This document shows positions 1 through 11,582 of a stretch of DNA of 64,000 nt, one piece after another (position 1 is the first letter of the stretch; the number at the start of each line of letters is the position of its first letter). The stretch comes from Phycisphaerales bacterium (GTDB lineage Bacteria; Planctomycetota; Phycisphaerae; Phycisphaerales; UBA5793). The notes beneath the pieces were generated by a model. It was not told the origin of the DNA. It saw nothing but the letters and a program-made list of their open reading frames with translations, and did no database searches. Location of the stretch: contig JAPKGW010000003.1 of the NCBI GenBank assembly GCA_026647365.1, positions 23,220 to 87,219 on the forward strand, in the 5' to 3' direction. Made by a program: the position numbers and the translations under genes.

Positions 1-551
1 CCGGGGTGGTTGGTGCCGACCTCGCATATGACGTACTGGTCGCGCGGCCCGGCGGCGAGGATGGTCAACGGAACGCCGACGTGGTTGTTGAAACTCTTCG
101 GACTTCCCGAGACGCGGAAGCGCTGACCGAGCACCGCCAGGAGCATCTGCTTGGTCGTCGTCTTGCCGCTGGAACCGGTGACGGCGATGAACTTCGTCAG
201 GCCCAGGTGCCGCCGGTAGGCCGACGCGAGGCGCCCGAGCGCCTTGAGCGTGTCCTCGACGAGCAGGACATGCAGGCCGGCGGGCCAGTGGTTCATCGCC
301 TCCGGCGCCCGGTGGAGGATGAGCATGGCAGCGCCTCGCCGCACGGCTTCGTCGAGATGGTCGTGTCCGTCGAACCGCTCGCCGCGCAGCGCCAGGAACA
401 CCTGTCGCGGCGCGAGCATTCGAGAGTCGGTGCCCACGCCTTCAGGCTCAGGCGCCGGCGCGGCACTCTCGACGGGGCGCTTCAGCCAGCGCCCGCCGCC
501 TGCCGCAGCACGCAGCGAGTCAGGATGCCAGAACGAAGCGGCTCCGGTCAC
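1..551 (-). CDS. murF: MurF, UDP-N-acetylmuramoyl-tripeptide--D-alanyl-D-alanine ligase (N-terminal part; gene runs off the window start)
   Basis: Absent from the ORF track because it is truncated. My reverse-strand translation of 1-200 reads TKFIAVTGSSGKTTTKQMLLAVLGQRFRVSGSPKSFNNHVGVPLTILAAGPRDQYVICEVGTNHPG, with the Mur-ligase P-loop and MurF-like NNxxGVP. An in-frame GTG at 551-549 overlaps the murE stop (GTGA). I saw no in-frame stop between 551 and 197. The murE-murF order matches dcw clusters. Confidence 0.8.
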   Translation of the reverse strand, partial: MTGAASFWHPDSLRAAAGGGRWLKRPVESAAPAPEPEGVGTDSRMLAPRQVFLALRGERFDGHDHLDEAVRRGAAMLILHRAPEAMNHWPAGLHVLLVEDTLKALGRLASAYRRHLGLTKFIAVTGSSGKTTTKQMLLAVLGQRFRVSGSPKSFNNHVGVPLTILAAGPRDQYVICEVGTNHP

Positions 552-2092
552 GCGGCACTCACTTGCGGCTCGGGGATGCGCCCGAACCTCGCTTCAAGCG
601 TCGCCTGCGCGATGAGGCGGTCGTCGAAGGGGTACTTTCTGGTCCCGATGATCTGGTAGTTCTCGTGTCCCTTTCCGGCGATCACGATGACGTCATTGGC
701 CCGGGCCTCGGCGATGCATTTCACGATCGCCGCCTTGCGATCGACCTCGGTCGTCACTTCCGCAGTCGTTCCTGCCGGCACGCCGGCGAGTATCTGCTGG
801 ACGATCGACTCGGGGTCTTCGGTGCGCGGATTGTCGCTGGTGATGAAGACGCGCTGGGCGAGTGTGCAGGCGACGGCGGCCATGCGCGGCCGCTTGGTGC
901 GGTCGCGGTCGCCCCCGCATCCGAAGACGACGGTGAGGCGCCCGCCTTCGGGTACGACGGGGCCTGCGGCGCGCAGCACGTTGGCCAGCGCATCATCGGT
1001 GTGGGCGTAATCGACGAAGACGGCGAAAGGCGCCAGCGGATGATGCACCGGTTCGAGCCGCCCCGGCGGGGCCGCGCAGCGTGCGAGCGACTCCGCCAGG
1101 CCGTCGCATGGAACGCCGCACCAGGCCGCAACGCACGCGGCCTGCAGCGCGTTGCTCACGTTGTGGCGCCCGATGAGCGGCAGATCCACTTCGAAGACGC
1201 CCCACGGTCCCGTGAACTGCGCCGCCGTGGATGTCGGTCCGAGGCGGGTGATCGCCGCGCTCGCCTCCCCCTGTGCCGGCGTGTGTGCATCGCTGATGCG
1301 CGTCAGCCGAATCGGCGCGCGGCACGCGGCTCGCATCACCTCGGCAGAGGGGTCCTCCGCGTTGATGATCGCAAGCCCGCCCGGCGGGAGTGCGGCGAAG
1401 AGGCGGGCCTTGGCCGCCGCATAGGCCTGCATTGTGCTGTGGTAATCGAGGTGGTCGCCGGAGAGATTCGTGAACAGGCCCACGTCGAACTCCAGGCCCT
1501 CCGTCCGCCCCTGGTCCAGGGCGTGGCTTGACACCTCCATGACAACCTGCGAGCAGCCGTTGGCCACCATGCGCGCCAGCGTGCGGCTGAGGTCGATGGC
1601 CGAGGGCGTCGTGAGGTCCGAGGGCAGGCGCGACTTGCGGTCGTCAACGAACACGGTGCCGATCAGTCCGCATGACCAGCCGGCGCCGAGGAGCAGTTGC
1701 TGTATGAGGTGGGACGTGGTCGTTTTGCCGTTCGTGCCGGTGATGCCGATGAGTGTTACGCTGTTGGAGGGAGAGCCGAAGAACGCTTCAGCCGTCGCAG
1801 CCACAACTCGGTGGAAGGGACGTGCTGCGCCGGCCGGGCACAGAAGCGTTGCGCTACCGGCGTCAACCGTTTCATCTTCCGCGAGAATGGCCGTGGCCCC
1901 CCGCGCGATAGCGTCAGCGACGAATTCCCGCCCGTCCATCTTTGAGCCGCGGCGTGCCACGAAGAGACTCCCCGGTGTGGCCTGCCGGCTGTCCTCCGTG
2001 ATATCCGTCAGCCTTCGGTCTGCCGCGCCGCTTGCCAGGCGCAGACCCGCCTCTTCCATCAGACGCCCCAGTTCGACGTTCATGCGCACCAC
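548..2092 (-). CDS. murE: MurE, UDP-N-acetylmuramoyl-L-alanyl-D-glutamate--2,6-diaminopimelate ligase
   Basis: 514-aa ORF with P-loop GITGTNGKTTTSHL and a MurE-type N-terminus (PGSLFVARRGSKMDGREF). The C-terminal SDNPRTEDP carries the DNPR motif of meso-DAP-adding MurE. GTG start at 2092 lies just after GGAGG. Confidence 0.95.
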   Translation of the reverse strand: MVRMNVELGRLMEEAGLRLASGAADRRLTDITEDSRQATPGSLFVARRGSKMDGREFVADAIARGATAILAEDETVDAGSATLLCPAGAARPFHRVVAATAEAFFGSPSNSVTLIGITGTNGKTTTSHLIQQLLLGAGWSCGLIGTVFVDDRKSRLPSDLTTPSAIDLSRTLARMVANGCSQVVMEVSSHALDQGRTEGLEFDVGLFTNLSGDHLDYHSTMQAYAAAKARLFAALPPGGLAIINAEDPSAEVMRAACRAPIRLTRISDAHTPAQGEASAAITRLGPTSTAAQFTGPWGVFEVDLPLIGRHNVSNALQAACVAAWCGVPCDGLAESLARCAAPPGRLEPVHHPLAPFAVFVDYAHTDDALANVLRAAGPVVPEGGRLTVVFGCGGDRDRTKRPRMAAVACTLAQRVFITSDNPRTEDPESIVQQILAGVPAGTTAEVTTEVDRKAAIVKCIAEARANDVIVIAGKGHENYQIIGTRKYPFDDRLIAQATLEARFGRIPEPQVSAA

Positions 2093-2183
2093 CTGGCCTC
2101 CTTGGCGAAGGATATCGTCGAACGCGGGACCGAGGATTCAGAATTGCGGTCGGCGAAGCAGTGAAGCAAGCGGCCTCGGGTGC

Positions 2184-4265
<2,082 letters not shown>

Positions 4266-4348
4266 GTCCGTTTCCTTCAACGTCGTTCATCCGACCACCC
4301 TCAAAGCCCCCGGATTTCCCGGGCCGAGGACGAATCATCCCATCAGGT

Positions 4349-4388
4349 GCCAAAACCAACAACGCACGGCTCATAATCGGCCGTGCGT
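4349..4388 (-). terminator. Candidate intrinsic terminator downstream of lspA (or thrS leader hairpin)
   Basis: Perfect 9-bp stem, 4362-4370 acgcacggc pairing with 4380-4388 gccgtgcgt, with a 9-nt loop. On the minus strand it is followed by TGTTGGTTTTGG. Confidence 0.5.
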
Positions 4389-4501
4389 CTCTCCTTCCAT
4401 CGCTGAGCGCACCAACCGATCACGGCCGCGTGGTCGCGGTCGTCGTCCGGGTCGTCGTGGCGGTGCGGGTCTGCTGCATGCTGAACAAGCCTAGTCGCTC
4501 T

Positions 4502-5254
4502 TCACGGCGGGTCAATCGGCCGAACCGCGCCTGCGGTTGAGGCCTGGGCGGATGCGTCGGGCGCACCGGCCGGCTCTATCCGCCGGTTCATCCGCACCAT
4601 CAGCAGCCCGATCCCGCTCAGGAGCAGGACGTCGGCGACATTGAAGACCCACGGGAAGACTTCCGAGTTGCCGCCCGGCCAGGTCCAGTTCAGGGGCAGG
4701 TGGACATCGGGAAAGATCTTGAGAAAGTCGCGGACCGCCCCGAACATGATGCGGTCGAAGAGGTTTCCGAGCGCGCCCGCGAGGATGAAGCCGATCGCCA
4801 CGTGCGCCAGTCGGTCTCGTGCGCGCGTCCGCGAGGCAAAGACATAGAAGCCGACGGCCACGGCCGCAACGGTGAACACCACGAAAAAGATCCGCTGCCC
4901 GGGACCGATTCCGAACACCGCTCCGCGGTTGAGAACCAGGTGCAGGGCCAGCACGCCGGGGATGGCGCTGCGGTGCGCATCCGGGGGCGGATGCCAGTTC
5001 GCGTTGCCGAGTATCTCTTCGCGGTCAAGCACGACGGGCGCATCGCCGATCAGGCGGAAGGCTGCACTCTTCGAGGCGAGATCGATGCACAGGCCGATGA
5101 GCAGGACGCTCAGGAGCAGGAGCCAGGACGGCATCGACCTCCCGGCAGGCTGTGCGGGCCGTTGCTCGAGTTGCGCCTCCACCATTGCGCCGCTGTGATT
5201 CATCGGGGTCAATGGTAGGAGCCGCCCGCGCGATGTACCGCATTTGCACTCCAC
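4502..5254 (-). CDS. lspA: Lipoprotein signal peptidase (signal peptidase II)
   Basis: LspA motifs NRGAVFG, LGNLFDRIMFGAVRDF and FNVADVLL, plus several hydrophobic helices. The start is uncertain: GTG 5254 is the longest option, with alternative ATGs at 5203, 5185 and 5134. Confidence 0.85.
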   Translation of the reverse strand: MECKCGTSRGRLLPLTPMNHSGAMVEAQLEQRPAQPAGRSMPSWLLLLSVLLIGLCIDLASKSAAFRLIGDAPVVLDREEILGNANWHPPPDAHRSAIPGVLALHLVLNRGAVFGIGPGQRIFFVVFTVAAVAVGFYVFASRTRARDRLAHVAIGFILAGALGNLFDRIMFGAVRDFLKIFPDVHLPLNWTWPGGNSEVFPWVFNVADVLLLSGIGLLMVRMNRRIEPAGAPDASAQASTAGAVRPIDPP

Positions 5255-5299
5255 CGGTTCGCGATGCTGTCACTTGATCAAACGGAGTTGGCGCTGTGC

Positions 5300-6211
5300 T
5301 CAGTGCCGGTAGCGGTGGTACCGGTCTCGCTCGCGAGCGACCTCGATGCACACCTTGGCCCACGGCTTGGCCTCGAGTCGCGGTAGGCTGATGGGCTTGC
5401 CGGTCGTTTCGCAGACGCCGTATGTCCCGTCGCGGATCTTCTCCAGCGCGGCGTCGATCTCCTGAAGCAGCTGGCGCTCCGTGGCGGCGAGTTGCAGGGC
5501 GAACTCCTGGTCGAAGGTGTCCGTGCCCGCGTCGGCCATATGCATGGGGGCGTGGTTTGAGTCGCCCGCACCGCTCCCGCGCAACGCCCCTGATTCCATC
5601 GCCTGCACGTCGCCGAGAATCTCCGCACGCCGCTTGAGAAGCAGGTCGCGGAAGTGATCCAGTTGCTTTCGCGTCAGGCGGGCAGGGGTGCTGCGGGCGA
5701 AGGCTGCGTCATTCGGATGAACCGGAGTCGGGTCGAGCATGCCCGCCTTGCGGACCGGCGGGCCGTGAGAACGACGCCGCCCGGACGCCGCTGCCGCACC
5801 CTTGCCGGTCTCGCGGACAGAAGTCGTCGTTGAGTTCGCACCGACTGGGGCACTGCCGGACGGCTTGCTTGAGATGGTTTCTGTGGCCGGGGCGGACGAC
5901 TCGCGCTTCTGTTTGGAGGCGCTCGCCCGTCCGCGCGGCGCCGCCTGTCGGACACGCGATGTGCTGCGCTTCTTTGCCTTTGGTGCGGCCTTCGCTTTGC
6001 GATCTCGGGACGGCCGCGATTTGCCGCTCTTGCGGGACAACTTTGAGGATCGGGTCTTGCTTCCTTTGCTCGATGCCTTAACCTGGCGCGAAGCAGATGC
6101 CCGTCTCGATCGCGCACGCTTTTCCGTCGGCCGGCGCTTCTTCGCGGGTGGCTTCCTGACGCCGGACCCGGCCCTTTTCCTTGTTGTCCGGCGGCTCTTC
6201 CGTTCAGCCAC
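5300..6211 (-). CDS. DksA/TraR-family protein with a long basic N-terminal tail
   Basis: The C-terminal ~120 aa align by eye to DksA, including DAGTDTFDQEFALQLAATERQLLQEIDAALEKIRDGTYGVCETTGKPISLPRLEAKPWAKVCIEVARE. The N-terminal ~170 aa are K/R/S/A/P-rich low complexity. GTG start at 6211. Confidence 0.8.
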   Translation of the reverse strand: MAERKSRRTTRKRAGSGVRKPPAKKRRPTEKRARSRRASASRQVKASSKGSKTRSSKLSRKSGKSRPSRDRKAKAAPKAKKRSTSRVRQAAPRGRASASKQKRESSAPATETISSKPSGSAPVGANSTTTSVRETGKGAAAASGRRRSHGPPVRKAGMLDPTPVHPNDAAFARSTPARLTRKQLDHFRDLLLKRRAEILGDVQAMESGALRGSGAGDSNHAPMHMADAGTDTFDQEFALQLAATERQLLQEIDAALEKIRDGTYGVCETTGKPISLPRLEAKPWAKVCIEVARERDRYHRYRH

Positions 6212-6354
6212 TTCAACATCCCCGCTTGAGGTCGATAACTCCCGATCCAGTCAAGAATCCGGTGAAAAACGCCACACTGGCCCCCCATGGGCTGCAAAGA
6301 ATAGACCGACGTGCAAGGACGGTCAATCGAAGCAGTTGCGTTGAGCAGGGCCGT

Positions 6355-7338
6355 TCACGAAGGCGCCGCCGCCTCAGCCACCACGCCCATGGCTCTCACT
6401 CGCTCGTAACGCCGGCGCACCAGATTCTCTATCTTGAAGCGCTTGAGTTCGGTAATCTTGTCAATGATCCAGTGCTGGAGGATGTCTGCCGCTTTTTCGT
6501 GATCCCGATGGGCGCCTCCGACCGGCTCATCGACGATCTCATCAATTGTTCCCAGCCGCAGGTTCTGCTCGGCGGTCAGATGAAGCGCCTCGGCGGCGGC
6601 CAGATTGGTATCCGGCCGCGCCTGCTTCCAGAGAATGGCCGCACACCCTTCCGGGCTGATGACCGAGTACCACGAGAAGCGCATCATTCCCACACGGTCA
6701 GCGACCGCAATCCCCAGCGCGCCGCCTGACCCGCCCTCTCCGATGACGACGCTTACGATCGGCGTGCGAAGCCGGCTCATCTCCCGCAGGTTGAATGCGA
6801 TTGCCTCAGCCTGCCCGCGTTCCTCTGCGCCAAGGCCGGGATACGCTCCTGGCGTATCCACGAGCGTTACTACGGGCAGGCCGAACTTCTCCGCCAGGCG
6901 CATGTTCTTAAGGGCCTTGCGATAGCCCTCCGGGTGAGCGCACCCGAAGTTGCACAACATCCGTTCGCTGGTGTCGCGGCCCTTGCGGTGCGCGACGACC
7001 ATGACTTTGAACTTGCCGATACGGGCGAAGCCGGTCAGGATCGCGGGGTCGTCGCCGAAGTGCCTGTCTCCGTGCAGCTGGCAGAAGTCTGAACAGATGC
7101 GGCGAAGGTAGTCCGTTGACTGGGGACGCCGCGGATGACGCGCCACGCGGCTGACGATGTCCCAGGGTGCGAGGGAGGCGTAGATCTCGCCGAGGCGAGC
7201 GGCATGGCGGCCCTGGAGTTCCGCCAGGCGGGAATCGTCGTCCTTGCTCCTGTTCGCGTTCGACAGCAGCAGGTCGATTTCCTTCTCGATTTCGAGCAGA
7301 GGCTGCTCAAACGGCGGGCGATTCGTGTCGGCGGCCAT
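6355..7338 (-). CDS. accA: Acetyl-CoA carboxylase carboxyltransferase subunit alpha
   Basis: AccA core PEGYRKALKNMRLAEKFGLPVVTLVDTPGAYPGLGAEERGQAEAIAFNL...VIGEGGSGGALGIAV. Start moved to ATG 7338 (MAADTNRPPFEQPLLEIEKEI), which is preceded by GGAAGGA. The track start 7401 adds 21 aa. Confidence 0.9.
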   Translation of the reverse strand: MAADTNRPPFEQPLLEIEKEIDLLLSNANRSKDDDSRLAELQGRHAARLGEIYASLAPWDIVSRVARHPRRPQSTDYLRRICSDFCQLHGDRHFGDDPAILTGFARIGKFKVMVVAHRKGRDTSERMLCNFGCAHPEGYRKALKNMRLAEKFGLPVVTLVDTPGAYPGLGAEERGQAEAIAFNLREMSRLRTPIVSVVIGEGGSGGALGIAVADRVGMMRFSWYSVISPEGCAAILWKQARPDTNLAAAEALHLTAEQNLRLGTIDEIVDEPVGGAHRDHEKAADILQHWIIDKITELKRFKIENLVRRRYERVRAMGVVAEAAAPS

Positions 7339-7467
7339 TCGATCCTTCCGGTTCGGCCAACGGAGTAAATGACGAAGAATCTTAGGTGTCGAAGAAGACA
7401 CGGACGCAGTTGGTACGCCGGAGTGAGCAGGGGGCGTCTGCGATCAGGTGCGCTGCCCCGAACAGAG

Positions 7468-7497
7468 CAGGCCCGGCGACAAGGGTCGCCGGGCCTG
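7468..7497 (-). terminator. Strong GC hairpin downstream of the pseudopilin-like gene
   Basis: Perfect 13-bp stem, caggcccggcgac (7468-7480) pairing with gtcgccgggcctg (7485-7497), with a 4-nt loop. It sits 58 nt after the stop at 7555. There is no clear U-tract. Confidence 0.4.
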
Positions 7498-7554
7498 CGA
7501 GATGAAACTTTCCGCTCCGCGCCGGCGGTCAGCCCGAGCGCGGCAGTACGGGGA

Positions 7555-8475
7555 TCAGTTGAGGGGATCCCAATACTGGGTGGGCGAGGTGGTGTTGTCG
7601 GGCGCGGTGCCCCACATGCACAGCCAGATATCCTTGCCGCCCGTGGCGCCCTGGATCACGTCCTGCTGCTTGAACAGGTTGTCCATGAGGTCGCGCTGGA
7701 CCTGCACGTTGCGGTAGGTCACGCCCGGCGGGCAGAAGGCCTTGTAGGTCTGATCTTCGGTCTGTCCCGGTGTGCCGGGCTGATCGAGACCCGTCTGCTC
7801 CTGGAAGCCCAGGACGTGTCCGTCATTGAAGCCGACGTTGCCGCTCCACGTCGTACGGGCGCCGTGGAACAGATAGGTCGGACTCTTCTTCTCGGGGATG
7901 CCGTCGCGCGGGCCGCGGTCCGAGACCACGGCGTAGTTGGCGTTGAGGCTGTCGGCCCATTCCGCGTTGTAGCGGCTGCCGGCCGGGGCCAGGTGAGCGT
8001 AACTGGCATTGGACTTCTGGCCTGCGTCCTGGATGTTGCAGGAGAACTCAGGGTCCCACATCCAGACCTGGTTCCAGCCCGGATCATCCTGCGTGCCGTA
8101 GCGGTAGCGCGTCTTGATCTCAAGGTTGGCGCTGGAGTCGCCCGGGCAGGTCACGGACTCAGGAGTGCAGTAGGTGTTGAAGATCATGAAGGAGTAGAAG
8201 TTGGCCGACGAGTTGCCCGTCTGGTTAAATGTGTTGGCGGCAGCGGTGACGCTGCTGATCCGGACGGGCTTGGGATAGGTCCCGCCGAAGTCGGCCGCGA
8301 ACAGCACCAGACCCTTGTGGACCTGGTTCACCCGCGTCGAGCAGGTGAGGAACTTGGCATTGTTGCGAGCGCGGGCGAGCGCCGGCAGCAGGATGCCGAT
8401 GAGCAGAGCGATGATGGCGATGACCACCAGCAGCTCGATGAGGGTGAACCCTCGCGAACGGGAAAGACGATGCAT
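7555..8475 (-). CDS. Prepilin-type N-terminal cleavage/methylation domain protein (type II secretion pseudopilin-like, DUF1559-like)
   Basis: [38 protein letters not shown] is a class III (prepilin) leader. ATG 8475 is preceded by AAGGAG. The track start 8595 adds an implausible 40 aa. Confidence 0.85.
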   Translation of the reverse strand: MHRLSRSRGFTLIELLVVIAIIALLIGILLPALARARNNAKFLTCSTRVNQVHKGLVLFAADFGGTYPKPVRISSVTAAANTFNQTGNSSANFYSFMIFNTYCTPESVTCPGDSSANLEIKTRYRYGTQDDPGWNQVWMWDPEFSCNIQDAGQKSNASYAHLAPAGSRYNAEWADSLNANYAVVSDRGPRDGIPEKKSPTYLFHGARTTWSGNVGFNDGHVLGFQEQTGLDQPGTPGQTEDQTYKAFCPPGVTYRNVQVQRDLMDNLFKQQDVIQGATGGKDIWLCMWGTAPDNTTSPTQYWDPLN

Positions 8476-8880
8476 GGCTTGCTCCTTTGAATGATGGAAT
8501 GGATGAAATCCAAAGCCGATGCCTGAAGCACTCCCCCCGCCGGACCTTCCGGCGGGAACAGGGTGATTGCCGGTTGCCGAGCAGCGCCGCCGCATCCTGT
8601 GCGATCCTCGAGCACCTCTGGAGCCGCGATGTGGCGCGCGCCGATGGTGCTCTGCGTGCTCAAAGCCTGATTGTCGTATTGTCGCTGGATCGAGTCAGGG
8701 AAGGGCGTCTTTCGGACCCTGAGAATAATCAATAATGAATGCGATGGCCCCGGATCGTTTCAGCATCTCTCAAACGGGCGGACGAGATGGTCCCTCCACC
8801 CAATCCTCTACGTCAAATATAGCGTCGCGGTTGCCGGCGTCAAGGGGATTCTCCCCGTTTGGGCCCGGAACCGCCTGATG

Positions 8881-8919
8881 GGAAAAGCAGAACCGGATCG
8901 GCGCTGGCCGGTCCGGTTC
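8881..8919 (-). terminator. Candidate intrinsic terminator after the second pseudopilin-like gene
   Basis: Stem gaaccgga (8890-8897) pairs with tccggttc (8912-8919). On the minus strand it is followed by TGCTTTTCC. It lies 37 nt after the stop at 8956. Confidence 0.5.
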
Positions 8920-8955
8920 AAAGGTTCGCCTTCGAAGGCCATCTCGCGCTCCGGG

Positions 8956-9891
8956 TCAGCGCTGGTCGACCAGCGGATCGTAGATCTGGCGGGCGCGGTA
9001 GGCGCCGGAAGTCACACGGTGCTCGATCCAGAACCCGAGTTGAATGTCGAGATCGTTGAGGGTCTGATCCATCTTGAAGATGTTATCCGGCGTCTGAAGG
9101 CCGAAGGGAGGCTGCGCGTCGGGGTTGAAGAAGTAGATGCCGTCGGGCACGAAGGCCATGTCCGCCTGACCGTCGATGACCATGTTGTCGTTCTCGAAAC
9201 GCTCATTGAAGCGGTTGACGCTGTTGTCGTTGTAGGCAATGTTGCCCGTCCATCGGCGGTTGGTTCCGTGAAGGATGTGGGAGAGAGTCGGCTCGCTGTG
9301 ACGACCATCGCGGACGCCGCGGTCGCTCAGCACAGCGTACTGCCCGTCATGGCTTGAGCTGATCCACTGGGTCTTGAAGCGCTTGCCCGTCAGGAGCATC
9401 ATCGCGTAGGAGACGTTGGATCCCTTGGGGAAGTCGTTGCTGAAGTTGCCGGCGAAACGGTTGTCCCAGGCGCCCTGCGTGTAGACGAAGTCGGGCCGGT
9501 TCCGATCTGCTTCGTAGCTGTAGGAGGCAATGGCGCGGATGTTCGGGTGGTTTTCGCCGGGATCGACGGCGAACTTGGGATCGAAGAGTTTCTGGAAGAT
9601 GAGAACGGACATGATGTTGCCCACCGAGTTCAGGCCGTGTCCGTCGGGGGCCGTGGACTGCGAGTGGGCCAGGTTGATCTTCTCCGGGAGCGGATAGGTG
9701 TCCTGGTTTGCGTCGCCGTAGAAGACCATCCCCTTGTGGATATCGCGCTGCTGCGAGGCGCACTGCATCATGCGCGCGGTGCGCCGTGCCCGCGAGAGCG
9801 CCGGCAGCAGCAGGCCGATGAGCAGCGCGATGATCGCGATGACCACCAGCAGTTCGATGAGTGTGAAGCCGAATTCTCGTTGCCTGGTCAT
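8956..9891 (-). CDS. Prepilin-type N-terminal cleavage/methylation domain protein (paralog of 7555-8475)
   Basis: [37 protein letters not shown] leader. ATG 9891 is preceded by AAGGAGG. The C-terminal domain is collinear with its neighbour (HGxxxxWxGN(V/I)xxND). Confidence 0.85.
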   Translation of the reverse strand: MTRQREFGFTLIELLVVIAIIALLIGLLLPALSRARRTARMMQCASQQRDIHKGMVFYGDANQDTYPLPEKINLAHSQSTAPDGHGLNSVGNIMSVLIFQKLFDPKFAVDPGENHPNIRAIASYSYEADRNRPDFVYTQGAWDNRFAGNFSNDFPKGSNVSYAMMLLTGKRFKTQWISSSHDGQYAVLSDRGVRDGRHSEPTLSHILHGTNRRWTGNIAYNDNSVNRFNERFENDNMVIDGQADMAFVPDGIYFFNPDAQPPFGLQTPDNIFKMDQTLNDLDIQLGFWIEHRVTSGAYRARQIYDPLVDQR

Positions 9892-10391
9892 TGAAGACCT
9901 CCTTGGAAATGGGTCCGGGCCAATCCGATCCATCGATCGGGCACGTGCCTCGCGAACTTGCAGACGGGTCAGGGCCTGCTCGCCCGCCGCCCGGTCTGAT
10001 CGGGAAGCGCTTGTCCGGTTCGTCGCATCATCCTCCACAGGCCGACGCGGCCCGCGGATTTGCACGATGGAAAGGCAGGAGCACGCGCCGCGCCCGAAAG
10101 CCAGGCGCTTTCCGCAACAGCCAGCGCAATCGCGCGGGATCGCAATGATCGCAGCAGGCGGTACTCGGGTCAGATTGTCGGCGGGGCTGGGATCAACCGG
10201 GAGGACCCCGGTGAATGATGGCGTGATCGTTGCCTGAATAAATGGCGGAATACTCAGCCTGCGCCAGTTCGAGTTGTCAGTACAAGGTTAACCGATCGGC
10301 TCAACCTTGTCAAGGGAGAGTTCGCATTTCCCGGGAGGCCGGTTGCACTTTTTTCCACGGGCCCGGAGTGGCCAGGCCACTTCGGCGCAGT

Positions 10392-11582
10392 TCATGCCGA
10401 GATGGCCGACCCTCCGGCCGCCTCCAGAAGCACTCGGGCCGCCGCGTCGGCGGCATCGGGCGCCTCCCGGCTCCGCAGGCGCTCACGGACGGCCTCGCGG
10501 CTCGTTTGGTCTCGCAAGAGGTCCAGGAGTTGGCGGCCCAGTGTTACGAGGTTCTCCGCCGGGTCTACCAGGTCCTCGCCGAGCCAGCCCAGGCCGGCCT
10601 CTACGGCGGGCGCTGCATTGAGGCGCTGGTGCTGGTCGCGGTGCCAGGGGTAGGGGCTGAAGAGCGTCGGCACTCGATTCGCCAGCGCCTCAGCCACGCT
10701 TGAGGCGCCGCACCTCGACAAGGCCAGATCCGCCGCTCCCCATGCCCAACCCATCTCGCCGAGGAAAGGGAGGGCGGCGGCTCGAATCCCTGAGGCCGCG
10801 TAGGCCTCGCGCACTTCATCGATGTCCGACTCGCCCGTCAGATGCACGATCTGCCAGGCGTCGAAACGCCGTGGTTCGCCTTTCACAAGATCGAGTAGAA
10901 GGCGGTTGAACGTGCCGGCGCCCTGGCTGGCGCCCGTTACCAGGAGCGTCAGGCGCTGAGGATCGAGGCCGAGATGCTCTCGACACTCGACCGGCGGTGC
11001 GGGTGCGAGGGCGCGGCGGCGAATCGGCATTCCTACGACGCACTCGCTGAAGCGCGGATGATCGGGACAGGGCACAGCGGACACAATCCGCGAGGCGAAG
11101 CGGGCGGCAAGGCGGTTCGCCTTCCCTGGCACGACGTCGAGGTTGACGAGTACCGACGGCACTCCAATCTTCTGAGTCGCGCGGGCGACGGGTGCGGCCA
11201 CGAAGCCCCCCATCAGGGCGACCGCGACGGGCCGTCCACCGACGGCACGGCGCAGGATTTCCGCCCTGGCCTCGCGCACCGCCCGAACCCAGCCTCGCAC
11301 GAATCGAACCGGGGCCGCAGGGAGCGGACGCCATGAAAGCGGCTCCGCCCGCACGGGGACGAACTCAACTCCTTCGCCGGAAAGGATGGTCGAGTCGATC
11401 CGCCGTGCCGAGCAGAGAAAGAGGACATCTGCGCGCGGCTCAAGTTCCCTGAGTCGCTCAGCGATTGCCAGTCCCGGGAAGAGGTGTCCGCCTGATCCCC
11501 CGCCCGCGAAGATGAACAGTGGCTCAGAACAGACCGGGCGTGCGGGACGAGCCGTGGCTGAAGTCATGGCGCCGCTGTTCAT
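10392..11582 (-). CDS. murG: MurG, undecaprenyldiphospho-muramoylpentapeptide beta-N-acetylglucosaminyltransferase
   Basis: N-terminal FIFAGGGSGGHLFPGLAIAERL (MurG G-loop) on a GT28 fold. The ATG at 11582 overlaps the upstream stop (ATGA). Confidence 0.9.
   Translation of the reverse strand: MNSGAMTSATARPARPVCSEPLFIFAGGGSGGHLFPGLAIAERLRELEPRADVLFLCSARRIDSTILSGEGVEFVPVRAEPLSWRPLPAAPVRFVRGWVRAVREARAEILRRAVGGRPVAVALMGGFVAAPVARATQKIGVPSVLVNLDVVPGKANRLAARFASRIVSAVPCPDHPRFSECVVGMPIRRRALAPAPPVECREHLGLDPQRLTLLVTGASQGAGTFNRLLLDLVKGEPRRFDAWQIVHLTGESDIDEVREAYAASGIRAAALPFLGEMGWAWGAADLALSRCGASSVAEALANRVPTLFSPYPWHRDQHQRLNAAPAVEAGLGWLGEDLVDPAENLVTLGRQLLDLLRDQTSREAVRERLRSREAPDAADAAARVLLEAAGGSAISA

Noticed and set aside
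6-659. 217-aa plus-strand ORF at the window start
   Set aside because: The opposite strand encodes MurF with a clean P-loop and an open frame back to a GTG overlapping the murE stop. The plus ORF is therefore a shadow.
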